Source of the DNA: an uncultured Candidatus Saccharibacteria bacterium
GTDB taxonomy: Bacteria > Patescibacteriota > Minisyncoccia > Phycocordibacterales > JACOZG01
NCBI GenBank assembly: GCA_964399075.1
Contig: CAYNPK010000001.1
Location: 160,961-224,960 of the forward strand
Direction: 5' to 3'
DNA: 64,000 bases
Shown piece after piece: positions 20,242 through 29,306 of this stretch. A program made the translations under genes and the position numbers. Below the pieces are notes generated by a model. It made no database searches and was not told the DNA's origin. It was given only the letters and a program-made list of their open reading frames with translations. The stretch's first letter is position 1, and each line of letters opens with the position of its first letter.

Positions 20242-21810
20242 TCATCTCTTACGATGAGTCTTGACCAAGTCATCCGTCATCTTTTGGAAGTGGAGGAGCT
20301 TAGCCGCTTGGGCAAAAAACTCCGCCAATCCATGCGGATCCCGCCGGAGCACCCACCAAAGCTGATGGGCAAAGAAGATATCCGGCCGGCGGAACAAGTT
20401 CCGCCACAGGAGCCGACCAGCCACGGCCAGATTCCGCCAACTTAGACGACTGGGCCGATGATAAGGACCACGTCTGGAAGCCAGAACCCGACAGCGTTGG
20501 TAGTAATTCCGAGAATGGAAGAGGTGGCGAAGCAATTCCACATAACCATCGATAAGGAATTGCTCCGGCAATTCGGTTTCGAAATTGAAACCGAGATGAT
20601 GGGTGTTGTTACCTCCCGATTCGCCCCGCAAGCGCCCGGCCCTCTTGAGCTCTTGGTAGAGAGGCGTCCCTCGAACGGCCGTCAAAAGTCCCGGCATTGG
20701 CATTACCACACCGGTCGTTAGCAGGAAGGCTGGCAAGACCTCAAAGACATTCGGTTTCTCACCATCGTGACCGATGATGATACCGCCACTAACCTCCAGC
20801 CCTGATTCCTGAATGATGGCGATCTTTTCCGCCAAACTCAAACTGCCTAGATTCTGACCCTTATCCATCGCCTTCAAGACATCTGGATCTGAGGATTCAA
20901 GACCGATAAAGATTTCAGCAAATCCCGCATCAACCATCAAGTCACGGATATCGGCGTGATTAAGCATGCCCAAGTCCGCGCTGGCTTCCGTAAACAGAGA
21001 GAAGGGGTAAGACCGCTCTCTCTGCCAATCGGCCAAGACTGGCAGAAAAACGCGTAGGGCCGACTTATTGCCAATGAAGTTATCATCAACAATGAAGACC
21101 GGACCACGCCAACCAGCTTGATAAAGAGCGTTGAACTCGCGGATCATCTGCTCTGGCGACTTAGCTCGAGTGCGACGACCATAGAGACCGGGAATGTCGC
21201 AGAAGTCGCAAGAGAAGGGACAGCCACGAGAGTATTGGACCGCCATGGAAGCGTAATCGTCCAAGTTGATCAAGTCCCAACGTGGCACCGGAGTCCTGTC
21301 GATCAGAGCCTTACCTTCACGAGTGAGGGAGGCGGGAGACATTCTCTGCACCCAAACACTCTCTTCGTAGATCGCCCGAGGTGTACCAGCGCGCCAGTCT
21401 TCCAGAAAAGGCCAAAGAGTGACTTCGGCTTCGCCAAGAACCAGATAGTCAGCCGGCACATCATCCGGATACAAAGTCGGATGCGGGCCACCACTGACAA
21501 CCTTCTTGCCACGCGAGTGAACTCTCTTGATTACTTCTCTAAGCGACTCACTCTGAACCAACATGGACGAAGTGAGAATCAGATCAGCTTCGTCAATCTG
21601 ATCATCGGTGAGAGATTGAACATTGAGATCAACCAACCCGGTAACCAGAAAATCGTCAGGCAACATGGCGGCCACAGTTAAGAGTCCGGTTGGAGGCATG
21701 GCAGACTTTCTGCCTGAGATTTCCACAGCTTTTTGGAAACCCCAAAAGGAAATCGGGAATTTGGGATAGACCAAGAGAACTTTCGTACGGATGCGTGTAT
21801 GAAGACGCAT
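20242..21810 (-). CDS. Cobalamin-binding radical SAM protein with DUF4070-like C-terminus (HpnP-like)
   Basis: PPTGLLTVAAMLP, GGPHPT, SRGCPFSCDFC (CX3CX2C), VDDNFIGNK, FTEAS. Confidence 0.9.
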   Translation of the reverse strand: MRLHTRIRTKVLLVYPKFPISFWGFQKAVEISGRKSAMPPTGLLTVAAMLPDDFLVTGLVDLNVQSLTDDQIDEADLILTSSMLVQSESLREVIKRVHSRGKKVVSGGPHPTLYPDDVPADYLVLGEAEVTLWPFLEDWRAGTPRAIYEESVWVQRMSPASLTREGKALIDRTPVPRWDLINLDDYASMAVQYSRGCPFSCDFCDIPGLYGRRTRAKSPEQMIREFNALYQAGWRGPVFIVDDNFIGNKSALRVFLPVLADWQRERSYPFSLFTEASADLGMLNHADIRDLMVDAGFAEIFIGLESSDPDVLKAMDKGQNLGSLSLAEKIAIIQESGLEVSGGIIIGHDGEKPNVFEVLPAFLLTTGVVMPMPGLLTAVRGTPLYQELKRAGRLRGESGGNNTHHLGFNFETELPEQFLIDGYVELLRHLFHSRNYYQRCRVLASRRGPYHRPSRLSWRNLAVAGRLLWRNLFRRPDIFFAHQLWWVLRRDPHGLAEFFAQAAKLLHFQKMTDDLVKTHRKR

Positions 21811-21953
21811 AACATAACTCCTATATAAGATGTGTAAGAGAAAGAGGTGACAAAGACCAAACCTTGATAATCATCGCAAGAATCAATTAAATTGTAAAAT
21901 TGCTTAGTAAATGATTTAATTAGAAAAGTTAGGAGAAGATAGAGAAGATTAAA

Positions 21954-22026
21954 CCGCCCATAGCTCAGCTGGTAGAGCAGTTGCCTCTTAAGCAAACGGT
22001 CGGGGGTTCGAACCCCTCTGGGCGGA
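21954..22026 (+). tRNA. tRNA-Lys(CTT)
   Basis: CCGCCCA/TGGGCGG acceptor, TAGCTCAGCTGGTAGAGC D-arm, loop CTCTTAA, GGTTCGAACCC. Confidence 0.92.
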
Positions 22027-22038
22027 CATGGAGAAATT

Positions 22039-22125
22039 GCCTTGGTGGCGGAATTGGTATACGCGCTAGCCTTAGGAGCTAGTTCCCGCAAGGGATTGAG
22101 AGTTCGAGTCTCTCCCAAGGCACCA
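22039..22125 (+). tRNA. tRNA-Leu(TAG)
   Basis: GCCTTGG/CCAAGGC acceptor, CTAGC-CTTAGGA-GCTAG, variable arm, encoded CCA. Confidence 0.95.
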
Positions 22126-22260
22126 AAATCAAATCAGCCATTTTGCTTGACTTTTATATCTTTTTGATGTAGTATAGAAAGTGGACAAAAAACAATCTCC
22201 TAGTGTTAGGAGATTGGATAAACAGATCTTTGAAACTCTTGTGAACAAGAAAAAAGGAGA

Positions 22261-23454
22261 ATGATCATGAACGAGCCTGGAAACGAGATGTGGGTCGGAA
22301 TGTTCTGGGGCGCCGTGATCGTCCTACCCATTGCGGGCATAGTAGCGCTCGTCTATTTCTTGGCAATCACTGACACAATCTTCACTTTCGTCAAGGAAGG
22401 AGAGATCAAGGCGGTGATGATTGGAGAATCCTTGGTGAAGTTTCTAGTCAACGTCAGTGGTTATCGGTACTACCACCCTACAGACAGCGACCATCCGGCC
22501 AATGCTGGCAAGAACATCGAAGATGTTGTCGATGACTATGCTCGTCTGTTCCCACAAAGTCCAAAGACTTCAATCAAACTGGTCAGAGAACATGTCATTG
22601 TGAAGTTTGACGAAGAAAAAGACAAATACCGAAACTGGTTCAACCGACTTGGTCTCTACTATATCGGTTGGTTGCCTGGATACTTCAAACTTCTGTGGTA
22701 CAAGTTCTTTTGGCAGAAATGGCAACAAGTAGGACAAGATCAGGGGCTCAATGACCCAACCCCAAACAAAGAGGAGGGTAAGTACTTCGTCAAACCAAGA
22801 CAAGAGACTGTCGGATCCTTGTTCTTCCAGACAGTGTATCCCATCACTGCCACTGACGTGGATCTCAAAGAGAACGTCACGGTCAAGATAATTACTCTGG
22901 TAACCGTGCGAGTGGTCTACCCGATGCGGACACTCTTTCGGATTCTACCCATTGGTAACTGGTTCGGCTTCCTCCACTCATCGGTAATTTCTGCCATCAG
23001 AGATTTTGGTGGCGACCAAACCTTCGAGAAGATAAGAAAGGAGAAGCATGAGGCAACAGAGTCGGCTTTCGAAAAAGCGGTGATGGGTGTCAACCCGCAA
23101 CTACTTGAGCAAATTGGGGTAATCGTCATCGGTGTGGATTTCCAGCGGGTTGAATTTCAAAATCCGGAACTCCACAGACGCTACCAAGAGGCGGGCGTCG
23201 CTGAACAAGTCGGTAAAGCATTACAACGAAAAGCCAAAGGTCAGGCTGCGGGGATTCGAACGATCGCAAAAGCCGAAAAAGAACGGCTGGATCAGACGAT
23301 CCCCTCAGATGGTCCAGCGATTTCTAACATCGTACGTGGGATTGTTCTCGCGACCGAGGCTTTGTCAAACGCCAAGTCCCAGAAAGAAACGCCCGATCAA
23401 AACAAAAAACAAAAAGACAAGAGCAAGAAAGGAGAATCACAAGAGCAAGAGTGA
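22261..23454 (+). CDS. Membrane protein with SPFH/band-7-like domain
   Basis: N-terminal TM, FTFVKEGEIKAVM, VISAIRDF, GVIVIGVDFQRV, C-terminal AKGQAAGIRTIAKAE helix; SD AGGAG. Confidence 0.65.
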   Translation: MIMNEPGNEMWVGMFWGAVIVLPIAGIVALVYFLAITDTIFTFVKEGEIKAVMIGESLVKFLVNVSGYRYYHPTDSDHPANAGKNIEDVVDDYARLFPQSPKTSIKLVREHVIVKFDEEKDKYRNWFNRLGLYYIGWLPGYFKLLWYKFFWQKWQQVGQDQGLNDPTPNKEEGKYFVKPRQETVGSLFFQTVYPITATDVDLKENVTVKIITLVTVRVVYPMRTLFRILPIGNWFGFLHSSVISAIRDFGGDQTFEKIRKEKHEATESAFEKAVMGVNPQLLEQIGVIVIGVDFQRVEFQNPELHRRYQEAGVAEQVGKALQRKAKGQAAGIRTIAKAEKERLDQTIPSDGPAISNIVRGIVLATEALSNAKSQKETPDQNKKQKDKSKKGESQEQE

Positions 23455-23459
23455 GACAC

Positions 23460-23505
23460 AAAAAAACCGGTAGCGAAGTATTACTTCGTTACCGGTTTTG
23501 TTTTT
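23460..23505. terminator. Bidirectional intrinsic terminator
   Basis: A-tract, ACCGGTAGCGAAGTA/TACTTCGTTACCGGT stem, T-tract, between convergent genes. Confidence 0.8.
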
Positions 23506-23539
23506 CTAAAAAGAACAAATCCTTTCTGCCATGTGGCTC

Positions 23540-24283
23540 TTATGGAGACCGACGGTCTTCCACGACAACCAGAATCTCTCCGGAGTAGTGGTGATGGTGG
23601 TGATGTTCCACCACCAAGGGCTTGCGGTCTCGACACTGATCAGGTTGAGGGCGGAACGCGCCAACTTCTCTACCCGACCCAGCCAGCCCAGACTTTTCTG
23701 GGACAGTGTAAGCCGGTGGAGGCGCAGGCGGTCGCGAAACCGTCACCTCCGGCGAAGGAGGGGCCTCTGTCTCCTTCCGTTCTTTCGCTTCTTCAGGCGG
23801 AGGAGCAGAAGGAATCTTCGACACCTTGGGGGTATCATCTACCACTGCCGAAGACAAATCAGAAGCCGGTCGAGACTGGATGGCCTCCAGCACCTCCTGA
23901 TGACGCTCTTCAGTGGTAGCCTCCGAGGCCCTGTAACTGGCCTGCAGATTCCCCACCCCCTTCAAAATGTCTCCATTCTGGGAACATCCCTGAATGTGGT
24001 GAATCACCAAGAACAGAAACAACATTCCGAAGAGAGCAATGGTACCCTTGAGGATACGCTCGAGGCCGGACGGATGATTGCGGATGGCATCGGCGACAGC
24101 GGGGCGAGAGCTATCCGTCTGACCTTGCTGAACAGCGTTGGTCAAGCGGGTCATATTCTCACTTAGGTCGGTGAGTAGCGGGACCACCACACCAGCCACC
24201 GCCCGACCAACACTTTCGGCGGTCAAGGCCGGCTGAGTCGGTGGATCGGGAAGAGTTCGACGGGTGATTACTTTCTTGGCCAT
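23540..24283 (-). CDS. Hypothetical single-TM protein with Pro-rich linker and His6 run
   Basis: SD AAGGAGG before ATG 24283; one TM; PPAPPP; VVEHHHHHHY. Confidence 0.6.
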   Translation of the reverse strand: MAKKVITRRTLPDPPTQPALTAESVGRAVAGVVVPLLTDLSENMTRLTNAVQQGQTDSSRPAVADAIRNHPSGLERILKGTIALFGMLFLFLVIHHIQGCSQNGDILKGVGNLQASYRASEATTEERHQEVLEAIQSRPASDLSSAVVDDTPKVSKIPSAPPPEEAKERKETEAPPSPEVTVSRPPAPPPAYTVPEKSGLAGSGREVGAFRPQPDQCRDRKPLVVEHHHHHHYSGEILVVVEDRRSP

Positions 24284-24399
24284 GATTGGCCTCCTTTCCG
24301 GCTTTTTAGCCATATGGAATTGGAAACGAACATCATTACACCAAACCTATAGCTAGCACGAGGTCTTTAAGATGTCAAGCCAAAACTCCACACCGCCAC

Positions 24400-24427
24400 T
24401 TGACATTTAATGAATATATGATACCCT
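24400..24427 (+). promoter_or_regulatory. Putative sigma70 promoter
   Basis: TTGACA then TGa-TACCCT upstream of the 24498 gene; a divergent TTGACA lies at 24373-24378. Confidence 0.45.
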
Positions 24428-24497
24428 ATAATAGGAAGAGGTCTTGTGACCTTTTGTAAACAATAATAGGCAGTCCTTTGACATAAGGAGGTAGACG

Positions 24498-25352
24498 ATG
24501 AAACCGGTACACAAACTTGGTCTGATCGTAGCGATCCTGGTAATCGCTGTGACAATTCTGTTGGTAACGTCCGACAATTCTTCTTTCAAGACGGTCGGAT
24601 ACACCCTCCTAACAATCGAGGGTCTCCTGGCATTGATCCTCATTGTCCCTTCCATCTATCGGGCTATTGGCAAGGCGACAGTAGCGAGTGGGGAACGATG
24701 GAAAAACCTGAAAAAGACAGTGAACCCACTCATGATCCTGGTGGCCGGATTGATGATCTTCGCGATCATCCGACGATTGCTGTGGCCCAAATTCTCCTTC
24801 ATGGAATCCTTCGCCCAGGAGAACTGGATGGTGGGCATGATTGTGGCCGGTATTATCTTGGCTGCAATCCTGATCTCTCAACAAGAGAGTGAGGCCAGCA
24901 AGAAGATCGGCAAGGTGCTAGCCTGGTCCCTGGTCATAATCAGCCTGGTGACCATTGGACCAATAGTCGGCAAGCGTCTCGGGATTAACGACTGGCTGGC
25001 CGAACGCCCCCGTCCAGCGACAACACAGGCGCTAGCGGAGGGAAGTCGGATCAGAACGAGTAGTGCTCCAACCTGGACTGAAGACGTCATTGCTCCAGTG
25101 GGAGAATGGTCAAACTGGCACCAGCTCCCATCGGGCGTTGATGGTGTCTACCAGGTTCTAAATCGGGGTAGTGTCATGTTCCAACTTTCCGACAAAACTA
25201 CTTTTTCAGTCAGGCCGAAGGAAATTGTCGATTGGGGCGATACGGATGTGCCTTTGTCTCTGAAAAAGACAAGGTATTGCGTAACGTCGCTGGATGAAAG
25301 GCCAGTGATCGTACGCTTCACCTACCAGAGGAAGTCCGGGGGCATGTGGTAA
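24498..25352 (+). CDS. Hypothetical multi-TM protein with C-terminal soluble beta-rich domain
   Basis: SD AAGGAGG; about 5 hydrophobic segments. Confidence 0.7.
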   Translation: MKPVHKLGLIVAILVIAVTILLVTSDNSSFKTVGYTLLTIEGLLALILIVPSIYRAIGKATVASGERWKNLKKTVNPLMILVAGLMIFAIIRRLLWPKFSFMESFAQENWMVGMIVAGIILAAILISQQESEASKKIGKVLAWSLVIISLVTIGPIVGKRLGINDWLAERPRPATTQALAEGSRIRTSSAPTWTEDVIAPVGEWSNWHQLPSGVDGVYQVLNRGSVMFQLSDKTTFSVRPKEIVDWGDTDVPLSLKKTRYCVTSLDERPVIVRFTYQRKSGGMW

Positions 25353-25380
25353 AAGGAAACGCCACACTCCCCCACAACAC

Positions 25381-25419
25381 AACGAGCGAGAGGATATCAA
25401 TCCTCCCGCTCGTTTTTTT
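25381..25419 (+). terminator. Intrinsic terminator
   Basis: AACGAGCGAGAGGAT...ATCCTCCCGCTCGTT followed by a T-tract. Confidence 0.75.
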
Positions 25420-25440
25420 ATTTTTCTATTTTTACTTTAC

Positions 25441-25722
25441 CTACCGACAACCAATCGTCCCGCAAATGAGGTGCATAATTCCGAAAGCGGAAACCATAAT
25501 GAACATTCCCACCACTCCCCAGAGCACATGCTGACGGCCAATGGTTCTGGCGTCCTCGCTAGCATCACCTTTAATAATCTCGTAGACGCCGTAGAGGAAG
25601 AAAAGCAGAGCAATACCAAAGAAGAGCTTAATTAAGGGATTAAAGATGTTGACTGTAATCTTATCAATCAGATCAATCGCGTCAGTAGCCGCTTCAGCCG
25701 TGGAAGTGAAGGAGGTAAACAT
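25441..25722 (-). CDS. T4SS/VirB2(TrbC)-like pilin
   Basis: Two TMs linked by GDASEDARTIGRQHVLWGVVG. Confidence 0.75.
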   Translation of the reverse strand: MFTSFTSTAEAATDAIDLIDKITVNIFNPLIKLFFGIALLFFLYGVYEIIKGDASEDARTIGRQHVLWGVVGMFIMVSAFGIMHLICGTIGCR

Positions 25723-25730
25723 TCGTTATT

Positions 25731-26108
25731 TTAACGAACAGTAGGTAAAGGTATCTGAGGTACAGTAATGTTTGTTGATCCAAACCGCGCAGTTCTACCA
25801 AGAACAGAGACCAAGCCAACAATAGAAACCATCACGAAGATACCAATCAAGCCATAAATAATCGCATCCCGACCAGCCTTACGCTTATCCTCATCACCAC
25901 CGGCAGTAATAAACTTAAAAGCGCCATAAATAACATAGAGGATAGCAATAGCGATCAGAAATGGAACAATGTAAGCATTTATGAAATTTACTATCTCAAA
26001 AAGAGACTGACCCAAACCCTTACCTTCAAAACTTGCTTGCGCAGATGCCATAATTGGCAAAACCATTACCGCACCAGCAACTAAAACTAATTTAATTTTT
26101 GTTAACAT
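25731..26108 (-). CDS. T4SS/VirB2(TrbC)-like pilin
   Basis: Signal peptide (ASA-Q), TM-AGGDEDKRKAGRDAIIYGLIG-TM. Confidence 0.82.
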   Translation of the reverse strand: MLTKIKLVLVAGAVMVLPIMASAQASFEGKGLGQSLFEIVNFINAYIVPFLIAIAILYVIYGAFKFITAGGDEDKRKAGRDAIIYGLIGIFVMVSIVGLVSVLGRTARFGSTNITVPQIPLPTVR

Positions 26109-26135
26109 AAACTTAATAATTAATCTATTAATAAA

Positions 26136-26564
26136 CTAACTACCTCTATTAAACGTGGGAACTGGCGGTGGTGTTGTCTCAAAATCAACAGTCCTAATAA
26201 GGATACCGACAAATCCCCAAACTGAAATCATGACAAAGAGGGCAATAATCCCGTAAACCATCATGTCTCGACCGGCTTGCCGCTCTTTCTCATCATCTCC
26301 CTTCCTGATATATTTTAGCATCCCGGCAAGTAAATACACAATAGCCAGGGCGATGAACAAGTAGACAAGCGGTTGAGCTACTTTATCTAACCCACAATTA
26401 ATAAAGTTGGAGAAATTAGCTCCGCAGTTGGCAGAAGGATTTGTTACCGTTTCAATATCGTCTCCATAAGAACCGCTTTGAGCTAATCCAACCGCAGGTA
26501 AGATTAATAGACTAAGAATCAGAATCGGGAGTAAAAATTTTGAGTACTTAAGAAGACTGTTCAT
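26136..26564 (-). CDS. T4SS/VirB2(TrbC)-like pilin
   Basis: Signal peptide, Cys pair, TM-GDDEKERQAGRDMMVYGIIALFV. Confidence 0.8.
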   Translation of the reverse strand: MNSLLKYSKFLLPILILSLLILPAVGLAQSGSYGDDIETVTNPSANCGANFSNFINCGLDKVAQPLVYLFIALAIVYLLAGMLKYIRKGDDEKERQAGRDMMVYGIIALFVMISVWGFVGILIRTVDFETTPPPVPTFNRGS

Positions 26565-26587
26565 TGTTGATGTTTATAGAAATAATT

Positions 26588-26917
26588 TTAAGAACCTGAT
26601 AATTGATCAATCGTTCCTTCTATCATCGTCTGGATCACGAAAGCGCCCAAGACAATGGCCGCGCCAACAATAGTCCAAAGGAAGGCTTGCTTGGCCTTGG
26701 TCAAATCCTCCGGCTTGCCTCGCGCCATGACGAAGAGCAAACCAACATAGACAATCATGAGAGCAATAATGGGAAGACCAATATTGACAACAATTTCTAA
26801 GATTTTTGTAATTAATTCCGGAATGGAATTAATGCTACCAAGAGGATTAAAAGAGGGAGTTGAGAAACTGCCAGCCCCATCTTGAGCAAATACTTTAACT
26901 ATTAAAAAATCTAACAT
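26588..26917 (-). CDS. T4SS/VirB2(TrbC)-like pilin
   Basis: NPLG, TM-ARGKPEDLTKAKQAFLWTIVG. Confidence 0.82.
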   Translation of the reverse strand: MLDFLIVKVFAQDGAGSFSTPSFNPLGSINSIPELITKILEIVVNIGLPIIALMIVYVGLLFVMARGKPEDLTKAKQAFLWTIVGAAIVLGAFVIQTMIEGTIDQLSGS

Positions 26918-26924
26918 AAAATAT

Positions 26925-27344
26925 TTAATAATATTTATAGTATATCATAGACAATGGCGGTAAATAAGTATCATCATCAGTTAGAGACTTCATAATTGTT
27001 TCCACAATCAACCAAGCCGCCAGAGTAACAATTAGACCAATTATGGCCATACTGATCATGTGCTTCGCCTCGGAGCGTTTGCCATCGTTAGTGGCATACA
27101 CCACCATTTGGATGCCAGCGTAAGTGATGGTTAGCACCGCCGCGGCCGTGGCTAAATAAACCAGCCAAAGAAAGATGTTTCTGCCCAATTGTAATAATTG
27201 AGGAAACTTGCAACTATCAAAACCCTCACAAGGCACTAGACTCTCTGGCGGTGGCGAACCTTGAGCATAAATTAGAGGAATGGCGATGAAGATCCACAAC
27301 AGCACACTGCTGGCGATAATTATTAGACGGCGATTTAACTTCAT
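26925..27344 (-). CDS. T4SS/VirB2(TrbC)-like pilin
   Basis: Signal peptide, LVPC..C motif, TM-KRSEAKHMISMAIIG-TM. Confidence 0.8.
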   Translation of the reverse strand: MKLNRRLIIIASSVLLWIFIAIPLIYAQGSPPPESLVPCEGFDSCKFPQLLQLGRNIFLWLVYLATAAAVLTITYAGIQMVVYATNDGKRSEAKHMISMAIIGLIVTLAAWLIVETIMKSLTDDDTYLPPLSMIYYKYY

Positions 27345-27362
27345 AAAAATAAAATAGGGTGA

Positions 27363-28685
27363 CTAGATGGGATTAATTAATAATTCTAATTCTCTTTGGG
27401 CCTGATTCAAGGCCTCGACGAGTGGCACTCGGCCGATCTGTGAGCGCTCAAATAAAGTGCGGAAGACAGTGTTGGTTCCTGAAGGATTAGGATCCGGCCA
27501 AGATCGAGCCAGCAAAGCCGATTGGTAGAAGACAGTCTGGATAGGATCAGCTGAAGGCGGTGAACTCAAGAGATCCAAACGAGCTGGCGGTAAGTCTGCT
27601 AAATCAGCCAAGGAGCGATTGAAGGAACTTGAACTTAATGAGGAAGCAGCCCTAGCAGCGCCGGTAATTTTAACCTGATTGCTGACAGTTTTCTTCACCA
27701 AGGCCAGGCCAGTAAAACGGCCCAGAGTTAAACTATTAGACCCGGAGCGTTGAGGGATCAGGGTTACGTCAATATTAAGCTGAGGATTCTGTTCTCTTAA
27801 GCGCGAATATTCGCTAGCGTAACCGAAATACATTGCCAATTGACCACGGAGGAAGGCCTCCCTCGCCTCCGGCTGAGCGCTATTCCACGAGTAGAGAGCG
27901 TTAGCCGGATCGGAGAAACGGCCGAAGAAAGCCAGAGCCTCCGAGGCCGGCAATTGGCTATAACCGAAGCTGTCATTAAGAGTGGCGCGCCAACCTTGCT
28001 CACTTGAGACGACAATCGGATTGCCGGCCTGCAAAATCAACATGGTTAAAATGTCTTTGGCATGAGTGATGTTACTAAATTGACCCATGGCAACGGCAGC
28101 TTGAGAAATATTGTCTCGCAAATCAGCCGAGACCAGCGCCTTAACCGCCACGGGGAAATCATCCCAAGTTTGAGGTGGTCGGATTAGTTTAGCGTTAGTG
28201 ATTAAATTACGATTGTAATAAAGCACTAGAGGGTCTACATAGAGCGGTAAGGCCAGAAAGCCATCTGGTTGTAAAAATAATTCCGCTCCGCGAATAAAAT
28301 TATCCTGAAATTGGCGGAGAGAATAATTGCTGTAAGGAATAGTGAGTAATTTGTCAGCCTGATTGCTTAGAGTAATTTGACTGGCCATTATCAAATCGGG
28401 ACCCTCGCCTCTCGCTAGAGCATCAACTAAGACTGATTCAAAAGTAGCTGGATTCTGATAAGAATAAAGGAGGGTAAAGTCTTCTTCGTGAACTTTATTG
28501 AAGGATTCGACGAAGGCACCCATCTCTGTCTCGGGAATAGTCCCCCAGAGAGTAATCTGTCCAGCCTGACCGCCGGGCTGGGCCCTAAACCCGGGCAAGA
28601 TACCAGCAAAGATTAAAGTGCCAATAATCAAAAAGAAGCCGAAGATGATTAGTAAAATTGTTTGGAAAATATTGGGACTTTTCAT
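27363..28685 (-). CDS. Membrane-anchored extracellular solute-binding protein (family 1)
   Basis: ITLWG, GEGPDL, LPLYVDPLVLYYN, PPQTWDD, AFLRGQLAMYFG. Confidence 0.85.
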   Translation of the reverse strand: MKSPNIFQTILLIIFGFFLIIGTLIFAGILPGFRAQPGGQAGQITLWGTIPETEMGAFVESFNKVHEEDFTLLYSYQNPATFESVLVDALARGEGPDLIMASQITLSNQADKLLTIPYSNYSLRQFQDNFIRGAELFLQPDGFLALPLYVDPLVLYYNRNLITNAKLIRPPQTWDDFPVAVKALVSADLRDNISQAAVAMGQFSNITHAKDILTMLILQAGNPIVVSSEQGWRATLNDSFGYSQLPASEALAFFGRFSDPANALYSWNSAQPEAREAFLRGQLAMYFGYASEYSRLREQNPQLNIDVTLIPQRSGSNSLTLGRFTGLALVKKTVSNQVKITGAARAASSLSSSSFNRSLADLADLPPARLDLLSSPPSADPIQTVFYQSALLARSWPDPNPSGTNTVFRTLFERSQIGRVPLVEALNQAQRELELLINPI

Positions 28686-28698
28686 TTCATCATTTCAT

Positions 28699-29250
28699 TT
28701 ATTTAACAAATAGCAAACCATAATGATTGGCGCCGGCCGGGAAGTCCCCGGCCGGCTTGAGGCCGGCTTGGGCACAAATCTTGCTTGCCTCCTCTGGCGA
28801 GACCACGCGATCGGCCGAGGGACCAAGCCCGCCGAAAGAGCTAGACCACTCCACAATCGCCAAGTGACCGCCAGCCTTAAGCACTCGTTTGGCTTCTAGA
28901 ATTAAACTATAACGCTGATCTGACTGGAAGAGCGTATTGGCCAACAACACCAGATCAACAATACCGTCAGCTAGTTTAGAACCGCCACGCTTCTCGATAT
29001 CACCCCAGACGACTTCGATATTCCTTACCCCCAGATGTTTAACTTCTTTCTCCAGTCGCTGGAGCAACTCCTTCTGAACATCAACTGCATAAACCTTATT
29101 GAGACCGGGCGCGTTGGAAGTCGGATTAATTTCTGCCAAACGTCGAGCCATTGCCAAAGAATAATGACCACTGCCGGCGCCGAAATCGGCCACGCACATC
29201 CCCTCTCTAAGATTAAGATATGGAATGATCGCTTGCGGATCAGAAAACAT
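28699..29250 (-). CDS. Class I SAM-dependent methyltransferase
   Basis: VADFGAGSG, VYAVDVQ, RVLKAGG. Confidence 0.9.
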   Translation of the reverse strand: MFSDPQAIIPYLNLREGMCVADFGAGSGHYSLAMARRLAEINPTSNAPGLNKVYAVDVQKELLQRLEKEVKHLGVRNIEVVWGDIEKRGGSKLADGIVDLVLLANTLFQSDQRYSLILEAKRVLKAGGHLAIVEWSSSFGGLGPSADRVVSPEEASKICAQAGLKPAGDFPAGANHYGLLFVK

Positions 29251-29306
29251 AATGAGTTTATTATATTACTCTTGCTAGATTTCCACAAACAGCGTTTGGG
29301 TACAAC

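Noticed and set aside
23531-24166. Plus-strand ORFs of 211 and 128 aa
   Set aside because: No SD and low-complexity translation; the minus-strand ORF has a strong SD and a TM helix.
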